Origin: Acidobacteriota bacterium
Lineage (GTDB): Bacteria > Acidobacteriota > Vicinamibacteria > Vicinamibacterales > UBA2999
Length of the DNA stretch: 64,000 bases
Reading direction: 5' to 3'
Assembly: GCA_040754955.1 (NCBI GenBank)
Contig: JBFMCA010000007.1
Coordinates: forward strand, 6,123 to 70,122
The notes below the pieces were generated by a model that worked only from the letters and a program-made list of their open reading frames with translations, searched no databases and was not told the origin of the DNA. Shown here piece after piece: positions 16,892 to 27,765 of the stretch. How positions within the stretch are numbered: the first letter of the stretch is position 1; every line of letters starts with the position of its first letter. The position numbers were made by a program, and so were the translations under genes.

Positions 16892-18283
16892 TTGCCTTCG
16901 CTTCATCAGCGCGTCCGGCGCTCGGTGTCCCGTCACGGCCTGTGGGCCCGCGGCACGCGTGTGCTTGCGGCCGTTTCGGGGGGATCCGATTCGGTGGCCC
17001 TCGCGTGGCTGCTCTGGGACCTGGCGCGCGACGGGGACCTGGTCCTGGCGGGCCTCGCGCACCTCAACCACGGCATCCGCGGCGCCGACGCCGACGGCGA
17101 CGAGGCGTTCACCGCCGATCTGGCGCGACGGCTCGGCGTCGAGTTTGCCAGGGCCGCCGTCGACGTGCCCGCGCTGGCGGCAGCCCGGCGCGTGTCGCTC
17201 GAAGTAGCAGGCCGCGACGAGCGCCGGCGTTTTCTCGCGGGCGCGGCGGCGCGCCTCGGCGCGAGCCGGGTGGCCACCGCACACACCCGCGACGATCAGG
17301 CGGAGACGGTGATGCTGCGCGTCCTGCGCGGGGCGGGCCTCCGCGGCCTGGCCGGGATTCCGCCCGTCCGCGGCGTGTTCGTCCGCCCGCTTCTCGACTG
17401 CACGCGCGACGCCCTGCAGGGGTGGCTGAGGGCGCGCGGCGAATCCTGGCGCGAGGACGTCACCAATCGCGAACCGGGCACGCCCCGCAATCGGCTGCGG
17501 CTCGAGGTCCTCCCGTCGCTGCGCGGGGCCTTCAACCCGGCGCTCGACGCCGCGCTCGCCCGCCTCGCGGACATCGTCGGGGTGGAGGATCAGTACCTGG
17601 AGGAGCAGACAGCGCGGCTGCTGCCGGATGTCGTCGAGGTGGCGGACAGCGGCGTGCGCGTGGACCTGGCGGCACTGGCGCAGCTGCCCGAGGCGCTGGC
17701 CCGGCGCGTTGCCCGCCGGGCGCTCGAAACCGCTGACCCCGGGCGGACGTATGGCATTGAAGAGGCCGACGCGCTTCGTGCGGCGGCAGCCGGCCCCGGC
17801 CGGATCGGCTCGGTTGGCCGGCTGCGAATGGAACGAAACGGGTCCGTCGTGGTCTTAACAGACAGGGCCAGCGCCGCGCGGCCGGCGGAGGCGTTCAGCT
17901 ACCCCTTGACGGTGCCCGGCGTCTGTCCGGTCCCCGAGGCGGGGGTGACTGTCGAGGCCTGCACGCCACGGCCCGCCGGGCCTCGCCTGGACCCACCAGG
18001 GGCCGACGAGGTCCAGGTCGACGCGTCGGCGGTCGGCACGCGGCTCGTGGTGCGCAGCCGCCGGCCGGGCGACCGCATCCGGCCGCTCGGGCTCGGCGGC
18101 CGCAAGAAGCTGCAGGACCTGTTCGTGGACCGGAAAGTGCCGTGCATCGAACGGGATCGGGTGCCGATTCTGGTGGATGCGCGAGGCCGGATCGTGTGGG
18201 TGGCGGGGCACGTCCTCGGCGAGGAGTTTCGGGTCACCCGTGACACCAATGCCGTGGTAGCCTTGAAGTTACGGCGGTTCTGA
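16892..18283 (+). CDS. tilS: tRNA(Ile)-lysidine synthetase
   Basis: [10 protein letters not shown]-loop, [23 protein letters not shown]-terminal KKLQDLF domain. Confidence 0.95.
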   Translation: MPSLHQRVRRSVSRHGLWARGTRVLAAVSGGSDSVALAWLLWDLARDGDLVLAGLAHLNHGIRGADADGDEAFTADLARRLGVEFARAAVDVPALAAARRVSLEVAGRDERRRFLAGAAARLGASRVATAHTRDDQAETVMLRVLRGAGLRGLAGIPPVRGVFVRPLLDCTRDALQGWLRARGESWREDVTNREPGTPRNRLRLEVLPSLRGAFNPALDAALARLADIVGVEDQYLEEQTARLLPDVVEVADSGVRVDLAALAQLPEALARRVARRALETADPGRTYGIEEADALRAAAAGPGRIGSVGRLRMERNGSVVVLTDRASAARPAEAFSYPLTVPGVCPVPEAGVTVEACTPRPAGPRLDPPGADEVQVDASAVGTRLVVRSRRPGDRIRPLGLGGRKKLQDLFVDRKVPCIERDRVPILVDARGRIVWVAGHVLGEEFRVTRDTNAVVALKLRRF

Positions 18284-18296
18284 CCGCCGGGAGGCA

Positions 18297-20204
18297 GTGG
18301 TGAATTCGACTCTGAAGAGCCTCGTGTTCTGGATGGTCCTCGTCCTTGTCGGGGCCCTCGTGTGGAATTTCTCCTCCCGGTTGCAGCGCAGCCAGAACGA
18401 TATCAACTTCAGCGAGTTCATCGCCTGGGTCGACTCCGGCCAGGTGGCCCGGGTGGACATTGTCGGCAGCGAGATCACCGGCGTCACCAAGGCCAACGAG
18501 AACTTCCGCACCTACGCGCCCACCCAGTACGAAGGGCTGGCGAACCGGCTGCTCGACCGCAACGTCATCGTGAAGGCGCGGCAGGAGACCGCCTCGCCGT
18601 GGACGGCGCTGCTCTACTCGTGGGCGCCGATCCTGCTGATGATCGGGTTCTGGATCTTCTTCATGCGGCAGGTCCAGACCGGCGGCAACAAGGCGCTGTC
18701 GTTCGGCAAGAGCAAGGCGAAGCTGTCCTCGTCGGCGCAGAAGAAGGTGACGTTCCGCGACGTCGCCGGGGCGGATGAGGCGAAGGAAGAACTGCAGGAG
18801 ATCATCGACTTCCTCAAGGAGCCGCAGAAGTTCCAGAAGCTCGGCGGCCGCATCCCGAAGGGCGTGCTGCTGATGGGGCCGCCGGGGACGGGGAAGACGC
18901 TGCTCGCGCGCGCGGTGGCTGGCGAGGCGAACGTGCCGTTCTTCTCGATCAGCGGGTCGGACTTCGTGGAGATGTTCGTCGGCGTCGGCGCCTCCCGCGT
19001 TCGGGATCTCTTCGAGCAGGGCAAGAAGAACGCGCCCTGCATCATCTTCATCGACGAGATCGACGCGGTGGGCCGGCACCGGGGCGCGGGGCTGGGCGGC
19101 GGCCACGACGAGCGCGAGCAGACGCTCAACCAGCTGCTCGTCGAGATGGACGGCTTCGAGTCGAACGAGGGCGTCATCCTGATGGCCGCAACCAACCGGC
19201 CCGACGTGCTGGATCCGGCGCTGCTCAGGCCGGGGCGTTTCGACCGGCGCGTGGTGGTGAACCGGCCCGACGTGAAGGGCCGCGAGGGCATCCTCTCGGT
19301 GCACTCGCGCAAGATCCCGCTGGCCGACGACGTGGACATCCGCGTCCTGGCGCGGGGCACGGCCGGGTTCACGGGCGCGGACCTGGCGAACCTGGTGAAC
19401 GAAGCGGCGCTCAACGCCGCGCGCCACAACAAGAAGGTCGTGACGATGGCGGACCTCGAGTTCGCCAAGGACAAGGTGCTCATGGGCGCCGAGCGGCGCT
19501 CGATGATCGTCACCGACGAGGAGAAGCGGGTCACGGCGATTCACGAGGCCGGCCACGCGCTGCTGGGCGTGCTGCTGCCGCACGCCGATCCGCTGCACAA
19601 GGTCACCATCATCCCGCGCGGCATGGCGCTCGGGCTGACGCAGCAGCTGCCGCTCGAGGAGAAGCACAACTACTCGCGCAGCTATCTCAACGACCAGATT
19701 GCGATCCTGCTCGGCGGCCGCATCGCCGAGGAGATCACCACCGGCAACATCACGACCGGCGCCGGCAACGATCTCGAGCGCGCCACCGACCTCGCGCGCC
19801 GCATGGTGTGCGAGTGGGGTATGAGCGACGCGATGGGGCCGCTCACCTTCGGCAAGAAGGAGGAGCAGATCTTCCTCGGCCGCGAGATTGCCCAGCACAT
19901 GGACTACAGCGAGGACACGGCGCTCAAGATCGATGCCGAGGTCAAGCGCATCGTCACCGAGGCCTACACGCGGGCCACCGACCTGCTGCGCGAGCACAAG
20001 CAGCCCCTGCTGGCGATTGCCGATGCGCTGCTCGCCCGCGAGGTGCTGGACGCCGAACAGGTGAAGCGCATCGCGCAGGGCCTGCCGCTCGAGGACGCGC
20101 CCGCCGCCGACGCGCCGGCCGCCGGCGACGCCCGCGATCGCGCGCGCGACAAGGACCGCCCGTCGCTCGTGCCGCCGCTGCAGAAGCCGCTGACCCAGGA
20201 ATAG
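18297..20204 (+). CDS. ftsH: ATP-dependent zinc metalloprotease FtsH
   Basis: Two TM helices, [20 protein letters not shown]. Confidence 0.98.
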   Translation: MVNSTLKSLVFWMVLVLVGALVWNFSSRLQRSQNDINFSEFIAWVDSGQVARVDIVGSEITGVTKANENFRTYAPTQYEGLANRLLDRNVIVKARQETASPWTALLYSWAPILLMIGFWIFFMRQVQTGGNKALSFGKSKAKLSSSAQKKVTFRDVAGADEAKEELQEIIDFLKEPQKFQKLGGRIPKGVLLMGPPGTGKTLLARAVAGEANVPFFSISGSDFVEMFVGVGASRVRDLFEQGKKNAPCIIFIDEIDAVGRHRGAGLGGGHDEREQTLNQLLVEMDGFESNEGVILMAATNRPDVLDPALLRPGRFDRRVVVNRPDVKGREGILSVHSRKIPLADDVDIRVLARGTAGFTGADLANLVNEAALNAARHNKKVVTMADLEFAKDKVLMGAERRSMIVTDEEKRVTAIHEAGHALLGVLLPHADPLHKVTIIPRGMALGLTQQLPLEEKHNYSRSYLNDQIAILLGGRIAEEITTGNITTGAGNDLERATDLARRMVCEWGMSDAMGPLTFGKKEEQIFLGREIAQHMDYSEDTALKIDAEVKRIVTEAYTRATDLLREHKQPLLAIADALLAREVLDAEQVKRIAQGLPLEDAPAADAPAAGDARDRARDKDRPSLVPPLQKPLTQE

Positions 20205-20266
20205 CCACGTACTCCGTCCCTCTCGCCGGCCGGCCGCCGCTCGTCCTCGGGCGGCGCACGCTCGTG

Positions 20267-21055
20267 ATGGGCGTGCTCAACGTGACGCCCGACTCCTTCT
20301 CGGACGGCGGGCTTGCGTTCGCGCCGGACGCCGCCATCGCCCGGGCGCTCCAGATGGAGGAGGACGGCGCGGATCTCATCGACATCGGCGCGGAATCGAC
20401 CCGCCCGGGTGCCGAGGCGCTGGACGCCGCCGAGGAGTGGTCCCGGCTCCAGCACGTGCTGCGAGGGCTCCTCGGCCGGCTTCGGGTCCCGGTGTCGGTG
20501 GACACCTACAAGGCCGAGATTGCCAGGCGCGCCATCGACGAGGGCGTGGCGATCGTCAACGACGTGAGCGGGCTGACCTACGATCCCGCGCTGGGCCGCG
20601 TCGTGGCCGAGCGCGGCGTCCCGCTCATTCTCATGCACACTCGCGGGCGGTCGCGGCACATGTATCAGGAGGCGCACTACGACGATGTCGTCGGCGACGT
20701 GGCGCGCGAGCTGCTGCTCGCGGTCGGGCGCGCCGTGGGCGCCGGCGTGCCGTGGGACGCGCTGCTGCTGGATCCCGGCCTGGGCTTCGCGAAGCTGGCC
20801 AAGCACAGCTTGACGTTGACCGCGCGCACGGCGCAGCTCGCCGGACTCGGCCGCCCCCTCGTGGTGGGGCCGTCCCGGAAGTCGTTCCTGGCGGCCGCGG
20901 TCGGCCCGCTGCCGGCCGAGGACCGGGACTGGGCCACGGCCGCCGCCGTGACGGCGGCGGTGCTCGGCGGGGCCGCCGTCGTGCGCGTGCATCGCGTGAA
21001 GGAGATGATGCAGGTCGTGCGCGTGGCCGACGCGCTCCGCGACGCGCGGACGTAG
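20267..21055 (+). CDS. folP: Dihydropteroate synthase
   Basis: MGVLNVTPDSFSDGG, DIGAESTRPG, DPGLGF, SRKSF. The true start may lie further upstream (see findings). Confidence 0.93.
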   Translation: MGVLNVTPDSFSDGGLAFAPDAAIARALQMEEDGADLIDIGAESTRPGAEALDAAEEWSRLQHVLRGLLGRLRVPVSVDTYKAEIARRAIDEGVAIVNDVSGLTYDPALGRVVAERGVPLILMHTRGRSRHMYQEAHYDDVVGDVARELLLAVGRAVGAGVPWDALLLDPGLGFAKLAKHSLTLTARTAQLAGLGRPLVVGPSRKSFLAAAVGPLPAEDRDWATAAAVTAAVLGGAAVVRVHRVKEMMQVVRVADALRDART

Positions 21056-21091
21056 GCCCGCGGCGGTCCTTACGGTAGGATCGGCCGAGCG

Positions 21092-21907
21092 ATGACCTGG
21101 CTCACCGAGCTGCTCCAGCGCCCGCCCGTCACCGGGTGGGACCTGCTCGATATCACGATCGTCGCCGTCGTGATCTACGAGCTGCTGAAGCTGATCCGCG
21201 GCACGCACGCGGTGCAGATGGCCATCGGCATCGCGAGCGTGGTCAGCCTCTTCTACGTCTCGCAGGGCTTCCAGCTGGAGACGCTCAACTGGCTGATCCG
21301 CAACGTGGTCGGCTACGTCGTCTTCGCCGCGATCGTGCTGCTGCAGGCCGACATCCGGCGGGCCCTCGTGCACATCGGGCAGGCCCCGCTCTTCCGTCGC
21401 TTCGCGCGGTCGGAGAGCGACGAGGACACCATCGAGGAGCTGGTCGTGGCCGCGAGCCTGCTGGCGGCCAGGCGCACCGGCGCCCTCATCGTCGTCGAGC
21501 GCGGCATCGGGCTGCGCAACTACATCGAGAGCGGGATCCCGCTGGACGCGCAGCTGACCTACGACCTGCTCGTCAGCATCTTCCAGCCCTCGTCGCCTCT
21601 CCATGACGGCGCGGTCATCGTGCAGGGCGATCGGGTGGCGGCGGCGGCGTGCTTCCTGCCCCTCACGGTGAACCCGCGGCTCAGCCGGGACCTGGGATCG
21701 CGGCACCGGGCCGCCATCGGGCTCACCGAGGAGAACGACGCCGTCGCGATCGTGGTGTCGGAGGAGACCGGGGCGATTTCGCTCGCGCGGGATGGCGACA
21801 TCGAGCGGCGGCTGCAGCCCGAGCAGCTCCGCGCGCGGCTTCGGGGGCTCATCATGCGGCGCCGCGGCGCCGCCGAGGCCCGCCAGGGCGGATACTCCTT
21901 CAGCTGA
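21092..21907 (+). CDS. cdaA: Diadenylate cyclase CdaA
   Basis: N-terminal TM helices; LHDGAV (DGA) and GSRHRAA (RHR) DAC motifs. Confidence 0.95.
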   Translation: MTWLTELLQRPPVTGWDLLDITIVAVVIYELLKLIRGTHAVQMAIGIASVVSLFYVSQGFQLETLNWLIRNVVGYVVFAAIVLLQADIRRALVHIGQAPLFRRFARSESDEDTIEELVVAASLLAARRTGALIVVERGIGLRNYIESGIPLDAQLTYDLLVSIFQPSSPLHDGAVIVQGDRVAAAACFLPLTVNPRLSRDLGSRHRAAIGLTEENDAVAIVVSEETGAISLARDGDIERRLQPEQLRARLRGLIMRRRGAAEARQGGYSFS

Positions 21908-22824
21908 TGGCGTACGCCCCCTTCCGCAACCTCGGGCTCAAGTTCCTGTCGATCTCCATCGCGCTGCTGCTGTGGATGGTGACGGCCAGCGACCGGACTG
22001 CGGAGCGTTCGCTCAGGGTGCCGCTGGAGTTCCAGAACCTGCCGCAGGGGATCGAGATTGTCGGCGACACGCCCGACACCATCGAGGCGCGGATTCGGGG
22101 TCGGTCCGGCGTGCTGAGCCGGATCGGCGCCAGCGACCTGTCGGCCGTGATCGACCTGCGCACCGCACGGCCCGGGCAGCGGCTCTTCCACATCACGCCG
22201 GCGCACGTCAGCGTGCCGTATGGCCTCGAAGTGGTCCAGGTCTCGCCGTCGACGCTGCCGGTATCGTTCGAGACCTCCGGGGTCCGCGTGGTGCCGATCC
22301 AGCCCGCGGTGGACGGCCAGCCTGCGCCCGGGTTCGAGGTGGTGCAGGTCACGGTCGAACCCGCGACCGTCGCCGTCGTCGGGCCCGAGAGCGCGCTCCG
22401 GCGGCTGCGCGAGGCCATCACCGAGCCGGTGTCGGTCGAGAATGCGTCCCGCGTCATCCGCGAGACGGTCACGGTGGGTGTGGCCGATCCGAGCCTGCGC
22501 CTCCGCAGTCCGCAGTCGGCCGTGGTGACGGTGGCCATCGCCGCGGCGTCGTTCGAGCGGACCATCCGGGGAGTCGGCGTGCGGGCCCGGAACCTCGGCG
22601 CGGGGCTGCGGGCCGAGGCCCGCCCGTCCCAGGTGGCGGTGACGCTGCGGGGCGGCGAAGGCCGGCTCGCGGCGGTGACGGCGGCCGACGTCGACCTCTT
22701 CGTCGACCTCGCCGGGCTCAGGCCCGGGGAGTACACTCTGCCGGTGCGGACCGCGCCGCTCGACCACTTCGCGGTCTCGGCCGTCACGCCGGCGACCGTT
22801 ATCGTGAGGATCACCGGTTCATGA
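21907..22824 (+). CDS. cdaR: CdaR/YbbR-domain regulator
   Basis: TM anchor NLGLKFLSISIALLLW plus beta-rich YbbR-like repeats; lies between cdaA and glmM. Confidence 0.88.
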   Translation: MAYAPFRNLGLKFLSISIALLLWMVTASDRTAERSLRVPLEFQNLPQGIEIVGDTPDTIEARIRGRSGVLSRIGASDLSAVIDLRTARPGQRLFHITPAHVSVPYGLEVVQVSPSTLPVSFETSGVRVVPIQPAVDGQPAPGFEVVQVTVEPATVAVVGPESALRRLREAITEPVSVENASRVIRETVTVGVADPSLRLRSPQSAVVTVAIAAASFERTIRGVGVRARNLGAGLRAEARPSQVAVTLRGGEGRLAAVTAADVDLFVDLAGLRPGEYTLPVRTAPLDHFAVSAVTPATVIVRITGS

Positions 22825-24158
22825 AGCTGTTTGGCACTGACGGCATACGCGGGCGGGCCGGGTCGCCCCCGCTCGAGCCGGAGACGGTGGCCCGGGTGGG
22901 CGCGGCGCTGGCGCGTGCCGCCGCCGCCCGCGGCGCGGCCCTGTCGCGCGTGCTCGTGGGCCGGGACACCCGCGAGTCGGGCCCGTGGATCGAAGCGGAG
23001 CTGGCGCGGGGGCTGGCGAGCCACGGCGCGCGCGTCACGAGCGCGGGGGTCATTCCGACGCCTGCGGTCGCGTACCTGACGAGGGCGCTGGGCTTCGACG
23101 CCGGCATCGTGATCTCCGCGTCCCACAACCCCTACGAAGACAACGGCATCAAGGTCTTCTCCGGCGCCGGCGAGAAGCTCTCCGAAGCGCTCGAGGCCTC
23201 CGTCGAGGCGGCGGTCGCGGACCCGGCGTGGTCGATTCCGCCGGGCGCGCACGCGGACATCGAGCCCGCGGATCTGCGCCGCCCGTACGAGGATCACCTC
23301 GAGCGCATCCTCGCCGACGCGGGTCCGCTCACCGGATCGCGAATCGTCATCGACTGCGCCAACGGCGCGACGACGACGATCGCGCCGGAGCTGTTCGCCG
23401 AGCTGGGCTTCGACGTCGTTCCCGTCGCCGTCGAGCCCAACGGCCGGAACATCAACCTCGACTGCGGGTCCACGCACCTGGGCGGGCTCCGGGACGCCGT
23501 GCGGGTCCGGAACGCCCGTCTGGGCGTGGCCTTCGACGGCGACGGCGATCGGGCGCTCCTCGTGGATCATCGCGGCGAGGTGGTGGACGGCGATGCGCTG
23601 CTCTTCATCACGGGGCTCCAGCTCAAGGCGGAGGGCCGCCTGCCCGGCGATGCGATCGTGGCCACGGTGATGAGCAACATCGGCCTCGAGCTGGCGCTCA
23701 AGGCGCGGGGCATCGCGCTCGTGCGGTGCCCGGTCGGCGACAAGTACGTGATGGAGGAGATGCAGCGGCGCGGCCTGGCTCTCGGCGGCGAGCAGTCGGG
23801 CCACGTGATCTTCGCCGACCATCTGTCCACCGGCGACGGCATCGGCACGGCCCTGCAGGCGCTGCGCGTGATGGCGGTGACGGGTCGCGAACTGGCGGAC
23901 CTGTCGGCGGAGCTGGTGACGTACCCGCAGGTGCTGGTCAACGTGCGCGTCAAGGCGCGGACGGACTTCCGCGCGAACCCCGCCATTGCCGACGCCATCG
24001 CCCGGCTCGAGTCGCGGCTCGACGGGCACGGGAGGCTGCTGGTGCGCTACTCCGGCACCGAGCCCCTGCTGCGCATCATGCTGGAGGGGCGCGACCAGCA
24101 GGAGATCCAGGCGTGGGCCCGCGAGCTCGCGGACACGGTGAAGGCGCACCTTGGTTGA
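22821..24158 (+). CDS. glmM: Phosphoglucosamine mutase
   Basis: LFGTDGIRG, ISASHNP, FDGDGDR, RYSGTEP. Confidence 0.96.
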   Translation: MKLFGTDGIRGRAGSPPLEPETVARVGAALARAAAARGAALSRVLVGRDTRESGPWIEAELARGLASHGARVTSAGVIPTPAVAYLTRALGFDAGIVISASHNPYEDNGIKVFSGAGEKLSEALEASVEAAVADPAWSIPPGAHADIEPADLRRPYEDHLERILADAGPLTGSRIVIDCANGATTTIAPELFAELGFDVVPVAVEPNGRNINLDCGSTHLGGLRDAVRVRNARLGVAFDGDGDRALLVDHRGEVVDGDALLFITGLQLKAEGRLPGDAIVATVMSNIGLELALKARGIALVRCPVGDKYVMEEMQRRGLALGGEQSGHVIFADHLSTGDGIGTALQALRVMAVTGRELADLSAELVTYPQVLVNVRVKARTDFRANPAIADAIARLESRLDGHGRLLVRYSGTEPLLRIMLEGRDQQEIQAWARELADTVKAHLG

Positions 24159-24897
24159 GCTGAGCGTCAACATCAACAAGGTGGCGACGCTGCGCAACTC
24201 GCGCGGCGGAGCTGTCCCGTCGGTCGTCGACGCCGCTCGGGTGGTGATCGACGCCGGCGCTCCGGGCCTCACCGTCCATCCCCGCGCCGATGGCCGGCAC
24301 ATCACGGCAGGCGACGTGCGCGACCTGGCGGCGGAGCTCGCGCCGCTCCGCGGGCGCGTCGAGTTCAACATCGAGGGCGACCCGCGGCCCGACCTGGTGG
24401 AGCTCGTGCTGGACGTCGTCCCCGATCAGTGCACGCTCGTGCCGGTGCGGCCGGGCGAGATCACGAGCCAGGCCGGGTGGCCCGCCGACACGCCGCGCGC
24501 GGCGCTCGCGGACGTCATCGACCGGCTCAAGCGGGCCGGCATTCGCGTCAGCCTCTTCGTCGACCCGCACCCGGGTCCCATCCGCTGGGCCCGGGAGATG
24601 GGCGCGGATCGCGTGGAGCTCTACACCGAGCCCTTTGCGCGCGCGTTCGAGCGGGGCGCCGAGGCCGCCGAGGCGAGCTTCGGCACCTACGTGGACGCGG
24701 CCCACCTGGCGCACGAGCTGGGGCTGGGCGTCAACGCGGGACACGATCTCGACCTCCGCAACCTCCGGCTGTTCCATCGCCTGCCGCATCTCGACGAGGT
24801 CTCCATCGGGCATGCGCTCATCAGCCACGCCTTGTTCGTCGGCCTGCGCCGCGCCGTGCTCGACTACCTCGCGGCCGTGCGGGGCGATCGCCCGTGA
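24151..24897 (+). CDS. pdxJ: Pyridoxine 5'-phosphate synthase
   Basis: LSVNINKVATLRNSR, TVHPR, NAGHDL, EVSIGHA. Confidence 0.95.
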   Translation: MVELSVNINKVATLRNSRGGAVPSVVDAARVVIDAGAPGLTVHPRADGRHITAGDVRDLAAELAPLRGRVEFNIEGDPRPDLVELVLDVVPDQCTLVPVRPGEITSQAGWPADTPRAALADVIDRLKRAGIRVSLFVDPHPGPIRWAREMGADRVELYTEPFARAFERGAEAAEASFGTYVDAAHLAHELGLGVNAGHDLDLRNLRLFHRLPHLDEVSIGHALISHALFVGLRRAVLDYLAAVRGDRP

Positions 24898-25607
24898 GCG
24901 CGCGGGTCCGCGCCGCGGTGGCACTTGCGGCAGCGGTCCTCGTCGTCGCGGCGCCGACGGCGCGCGCCGGGCGGCCCGTCACGCTGGCGTCGGAGGACGG
25001 CACGCCGCTGGCGGGCCAGCTGTACGAAGCGGCGAGCCGGCCGGCGCCTGGCGTCGTCCTGATCCACATGCTGGGCCGCTCCAGGGCCGATTTCGACGGG
25101 CTCGCCGGCGATTTGCAGCGCGCGGGGCTGACGGCGCTGGCGCTCGATCTCCGGGGCCACGGCAGTTCGGGCGGGGCGGCCACGCCTTCTGCCGCCATGG
25201 TGGCCGACGTCCGCGCGGCCATCGACTGGCTGGCCGCGCGGCCGGGCGTGCGGCCTGACGCGCTCGCGCTCGTCGGCGCCTCGCTCGGCGCCAACCTCGC
25301 GCTGCTCGCGGGCGCCGAGCATCCCGCCGTGCGCGGCATGGCGCTGCTCTCGCCGTCGCTGGACTACCGGGGCATCCGGCTCGACCCGGCGCTCATGAAG
25401 AAGGCGGGCGCCCGGGCGATCCTGCTCGTGGCCAGCACGGAGGATCCGTACGCGCTCCGCACCATCAGGGACCTGACCGCCGCCAGTCCGATCGCGCGCC
25501 AGCAATGGCTGTCCGGGGCCGAGGCGCACGGTACGAGGCTGCTTGCGGCGGATCCCGCGCTCGGACCGGAGTTGGTGGACTGGGCCAGACGGACGTTGAT
25601 ATTCTGA
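24894..25607 (+). CDS. Exported alpha/beta hydrolase
   Basis: Signal-like N-terminus; DLRGHG and GASLG nucleophile elbow. Confidence 0.8.
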   Translation: MSARVRAAVALAAAVLVVAAPTARAGRPVTLASEDGTPLAGQLYEAASRPAPGVVLIHMLGRSRADFDGLAGDLQRAGLTALALDLRGHGSSGGAATPSAAMVADVRAAIDWLAARPGVRPDALALVGASLGANLALLAGAEHPAVRGMALLSPSLDYRGIRLDPALMKKAGARAILLVASTEDPYALRTIRDLTAASPIARQQWLSGAEAHGTRLLAADPALGPELVDWARRTLIF

Positions 25608-25613
25608 TCGTCT

Positions 25614-26228
25614 ATGCGCGCGGACTCTCTCGTGCTCGGCGTGGCGGGCGTGTTTTTCGGCCTGATTCTCGGCTGGGTGATCGGCAGCCAGCAGGTGGCC
25701 GGCTCCCGTCCGCCAGCGGCCGCCGCGCCCCAGGCGCAGGCGACGCCTCCCCCGCAGGGCGGCTCGCAGCCCGCCGTTCTCGATCAGGGCCGCGTGCAGG
25801 CGCTCCGGGCCGTCGCCGAGCAGAACCCACGGGACGCCGAACCCCGCGTCGCCCTCGGGAACCTCTACTTCGACGCCGAGCAGTTCCAGGACGCGATTAC
25901 GTGGTACGAAGCGGCGCTCGCGATCAACCCGAACGATCCGAACGTGTCGACCGACCTCGGCGTGGCCTACTACTACACGAACCAGCCCGCGCGCGGCGTG
26001 AAGCAGTTCGAGCACTCGCTGTCTGTCGATCCGAAGCACACCAAGACGCTCCTCAACATGGGTATCGTCAAGGCCTTCGGCCTGCAGGACCTGGAGGGCG
26101 CGTCGGCGGCGTGGAAGCAGGTGGTGGCGCTGGCGCCGTCGAGCCCCGAAGGCCAGCAGGCCCAGAAGCTGCTCGACGGGCTGGCCAAGGCGCACCCCGG
26201 AGGCGGCGGCGCCAGCGGAGGACCTTAG
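25614..26228 (+). CDS. Membrane-anchored tetratricopeptide repeat protein
   Basis: N-terminal TM helix, then TPR-like helices (ALGNLYFD...A...Y..AL.INP). Confidence 0.85.
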   Translation: MRADSLVLGVAGVFFGLILGWVIGSQQVAGSRPPAAAAPQAQATPPPQGGSQPAVLDQGRVQALRAVAEQNPRDAEPRVALGNLYFDAEQFQDAITWYEAALAINPNDPNVSTDLGVAYYYTNQPARGVKQFEHSLSVDPKHTKTLLNMGIVKAFGLQDLEGASAAWKQVVALAPSSPEGQQAQKLLDGLAKAHPGGGGASGGP

Positions 26229-26231
26229 ATC

Positions 26232-26501
26232 GTGCTGCGGCCGCTGCTGCTGTTCCTGCTGGTCCTGCTCGTCCTCAGGGCCGCGTGGCGGCTGCTCGAA
26301 GGCGTGGTTCGCGGGGCCTCGGGCATGCCGGCCGGGGCGGCCCGACGGCCGCCGGAGCCGGTGAAGATGGTCCAGGATCCGGTGTGCGGCACCTTCGTCG
26401 TGCCCTCCCGCGCCGTGAGCCTCGCCCGCGCGGGCCAGACGCTCTACTTCTGCAGCGACACGTGCCGCGACCAGTACGCGAAGAGAGGCAGTAACCAGTA
26501 G
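26232..26501 (+). CDS. Small YHS/TRASH-domain membrane protein
   Basis: TM helix, then DPVCGTFV...YFCSDTC. Confidence 0.8.
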   Translation: MLRPLLLFLLVLLVLRAAWRLLEGVVRGASGMPAGAARRPPEPVKMVQDPVCGTFVVPSRAVSLARAGQTLYFCSDTCRDQYAKRGSNQ

Positions 26502-26550
26502 CCCAGAGCCCAGAGCTCAGAGCCCAAAGCCCCGAGCCCCGAGCGCCGCC

Positions 26551-27426
26551 ATGCCGACCTACGAAGATCAGATTCGCGCGGACATCGTCGAGGTCGGCCG
26601 GCGTCTGTGGGCGCGGGGGTTCGTCGCCTCCAACGACGGCAACATCTCGGTGCGCCTCGACGAGGGGCGGGTGGTGACGACGCCCACCGGGGTCTCCAAG
26701 GGGTTCATGACGCCGGACATGATGGTCGTCACGGATCTGTCCGGCCGCAAGCTGGCGGGCGAGCGGAACGCGTCGTCCGAGCTGAAGATGCACCTCGAGG
26801 TCTATCGGCTGCGGTCCGACGCACGTGCCGTGGTGCACGCTCATCCGCCGACGGCCACGGGCTTTGCCGTCGCGGGCATTGCGCTCGACCGCGCGGTGCT
26901 GGCCGAGGTCATCACCACGCTCGGCAGCATCCCGATTGCGGAGTACGCGACGCCGTCGACCGACGAGCTGCCGGCGGTCTGCCGGAAGTATCTGAAGGCC
27001 CACGACGGGCTGCTGCTGGCCAACCACGGCGCCGTGGCGCTGGCGGGCGACGTCTTCACCGCGTACTACCGGATGGAGACCATCGAGCATTTCGCCCGCA
27101 TCAGCCTCACGGCGCGGCTGCTGGGCCGCGAGCACCTCATCTCGCGCGAGGAGGTGGAGCGGCTGCAGCAGCTGCGCGGGTCGTACGGCATTCAGTCGCC
27201 GGCGCCGGTGTGCACGGACGACACGGTGCGGGTGGGCGCGGAAGGCGAGCTCGAGTGCCAGGTCGTGCAGGCGCCCTTCTCGGGGGGGCCGCGCCTCGTG
27301 CCGGACACGCCGCTGCCGCGCCCGGCGCGCGAGCCCGCCGGCGTGGGCACGGACGGGGAAATTCGACTAACATACAGCGAGCTGACGGCCCTCATCGAGG
27401 ATGCCGTCCGGAGTCTGAAGACCTAG
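26551..27426 (+). CDS. Class II aldolase/adducin family protein (BMC cargo) with C-terminal extension
   Basis: GNIS, TPTG, SSE..MH, HAHP, LLANHG motifs; C-terminal amphipathic helix LTYSELTALIEDAVRSL. Confidence 0.9.
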   Translation: MPTYEDQIRADIVEVGRRLWARGFVASNDGNISVRLDEGRVVTTPTGVSKGFMTPDMMVVTDLSGRKLAGERNASSELKMHLEVYRLRSDARAVVHAHPPTATGFAVAGIALDRAVLAEVITTLGSIPIAEYATPSTDELPAVCRKYLKAHDGLLLANHGAVALAGDVFTAYYRMETIEHFARISLTARLLGREHLISREEVERLQQLRGSYGIQSPAPVCTDDTVRVGAEGELECQVVQAPFSGGPRLVPDTPLPRPAREPAGVGTDGEIRLTYSELTALIEDAVRSLKT

Positions 27427-27459
27427 GAGCGGGGGCGCAAAGCCCTCGTGGAGGCCGTG

Positions 27460-27750
27460 ATGGGTGAAGCGTTGGGGATGGTCGAGACCAAGGGGCTCGT
27501 CGCGATGATCGAGGCGGCCGATGCCATGGTCAAGGCCGCCAAGGTGACGCTTGTCGGATGGGAGAAGATCGGCGCCGGGTATGTCACTGCCGTGGTCCGC
27601 GGCGACGTGGCGGCCGTCAAGGCGGCCACCGACGCGGGCGCCGCGGCGGCCCGGCGGGTCGGTGAGCTGGTGTCCGTGCACGTCATCCCGCGCCCGCACG
27701 CCAACCTCGAGGACGTCCTGCCGATCGGCAAGGGCAACGCCAAGAGCTAG
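27460..27750 (+). CDS. BMC-H shell hexamer (EutM/PduA/CcmK-like)
   Basis: ALGMVETKG...AADAMVKAA...[10 protein letters not shown]...HVIPRPH; GGAGG RBS. Confidence 0.96.
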   Translation: MGEALGMVETKGLVAMIEAADAMVKAAKVTLVGWEKIGAGYVTAVVRGDVAAVKAATDAGAAAARRVGELVSVHVIPRPHANLEDVLPIGKGNAKS

Positions 27751-27765
27751 CGCGCACCCGGCGCC

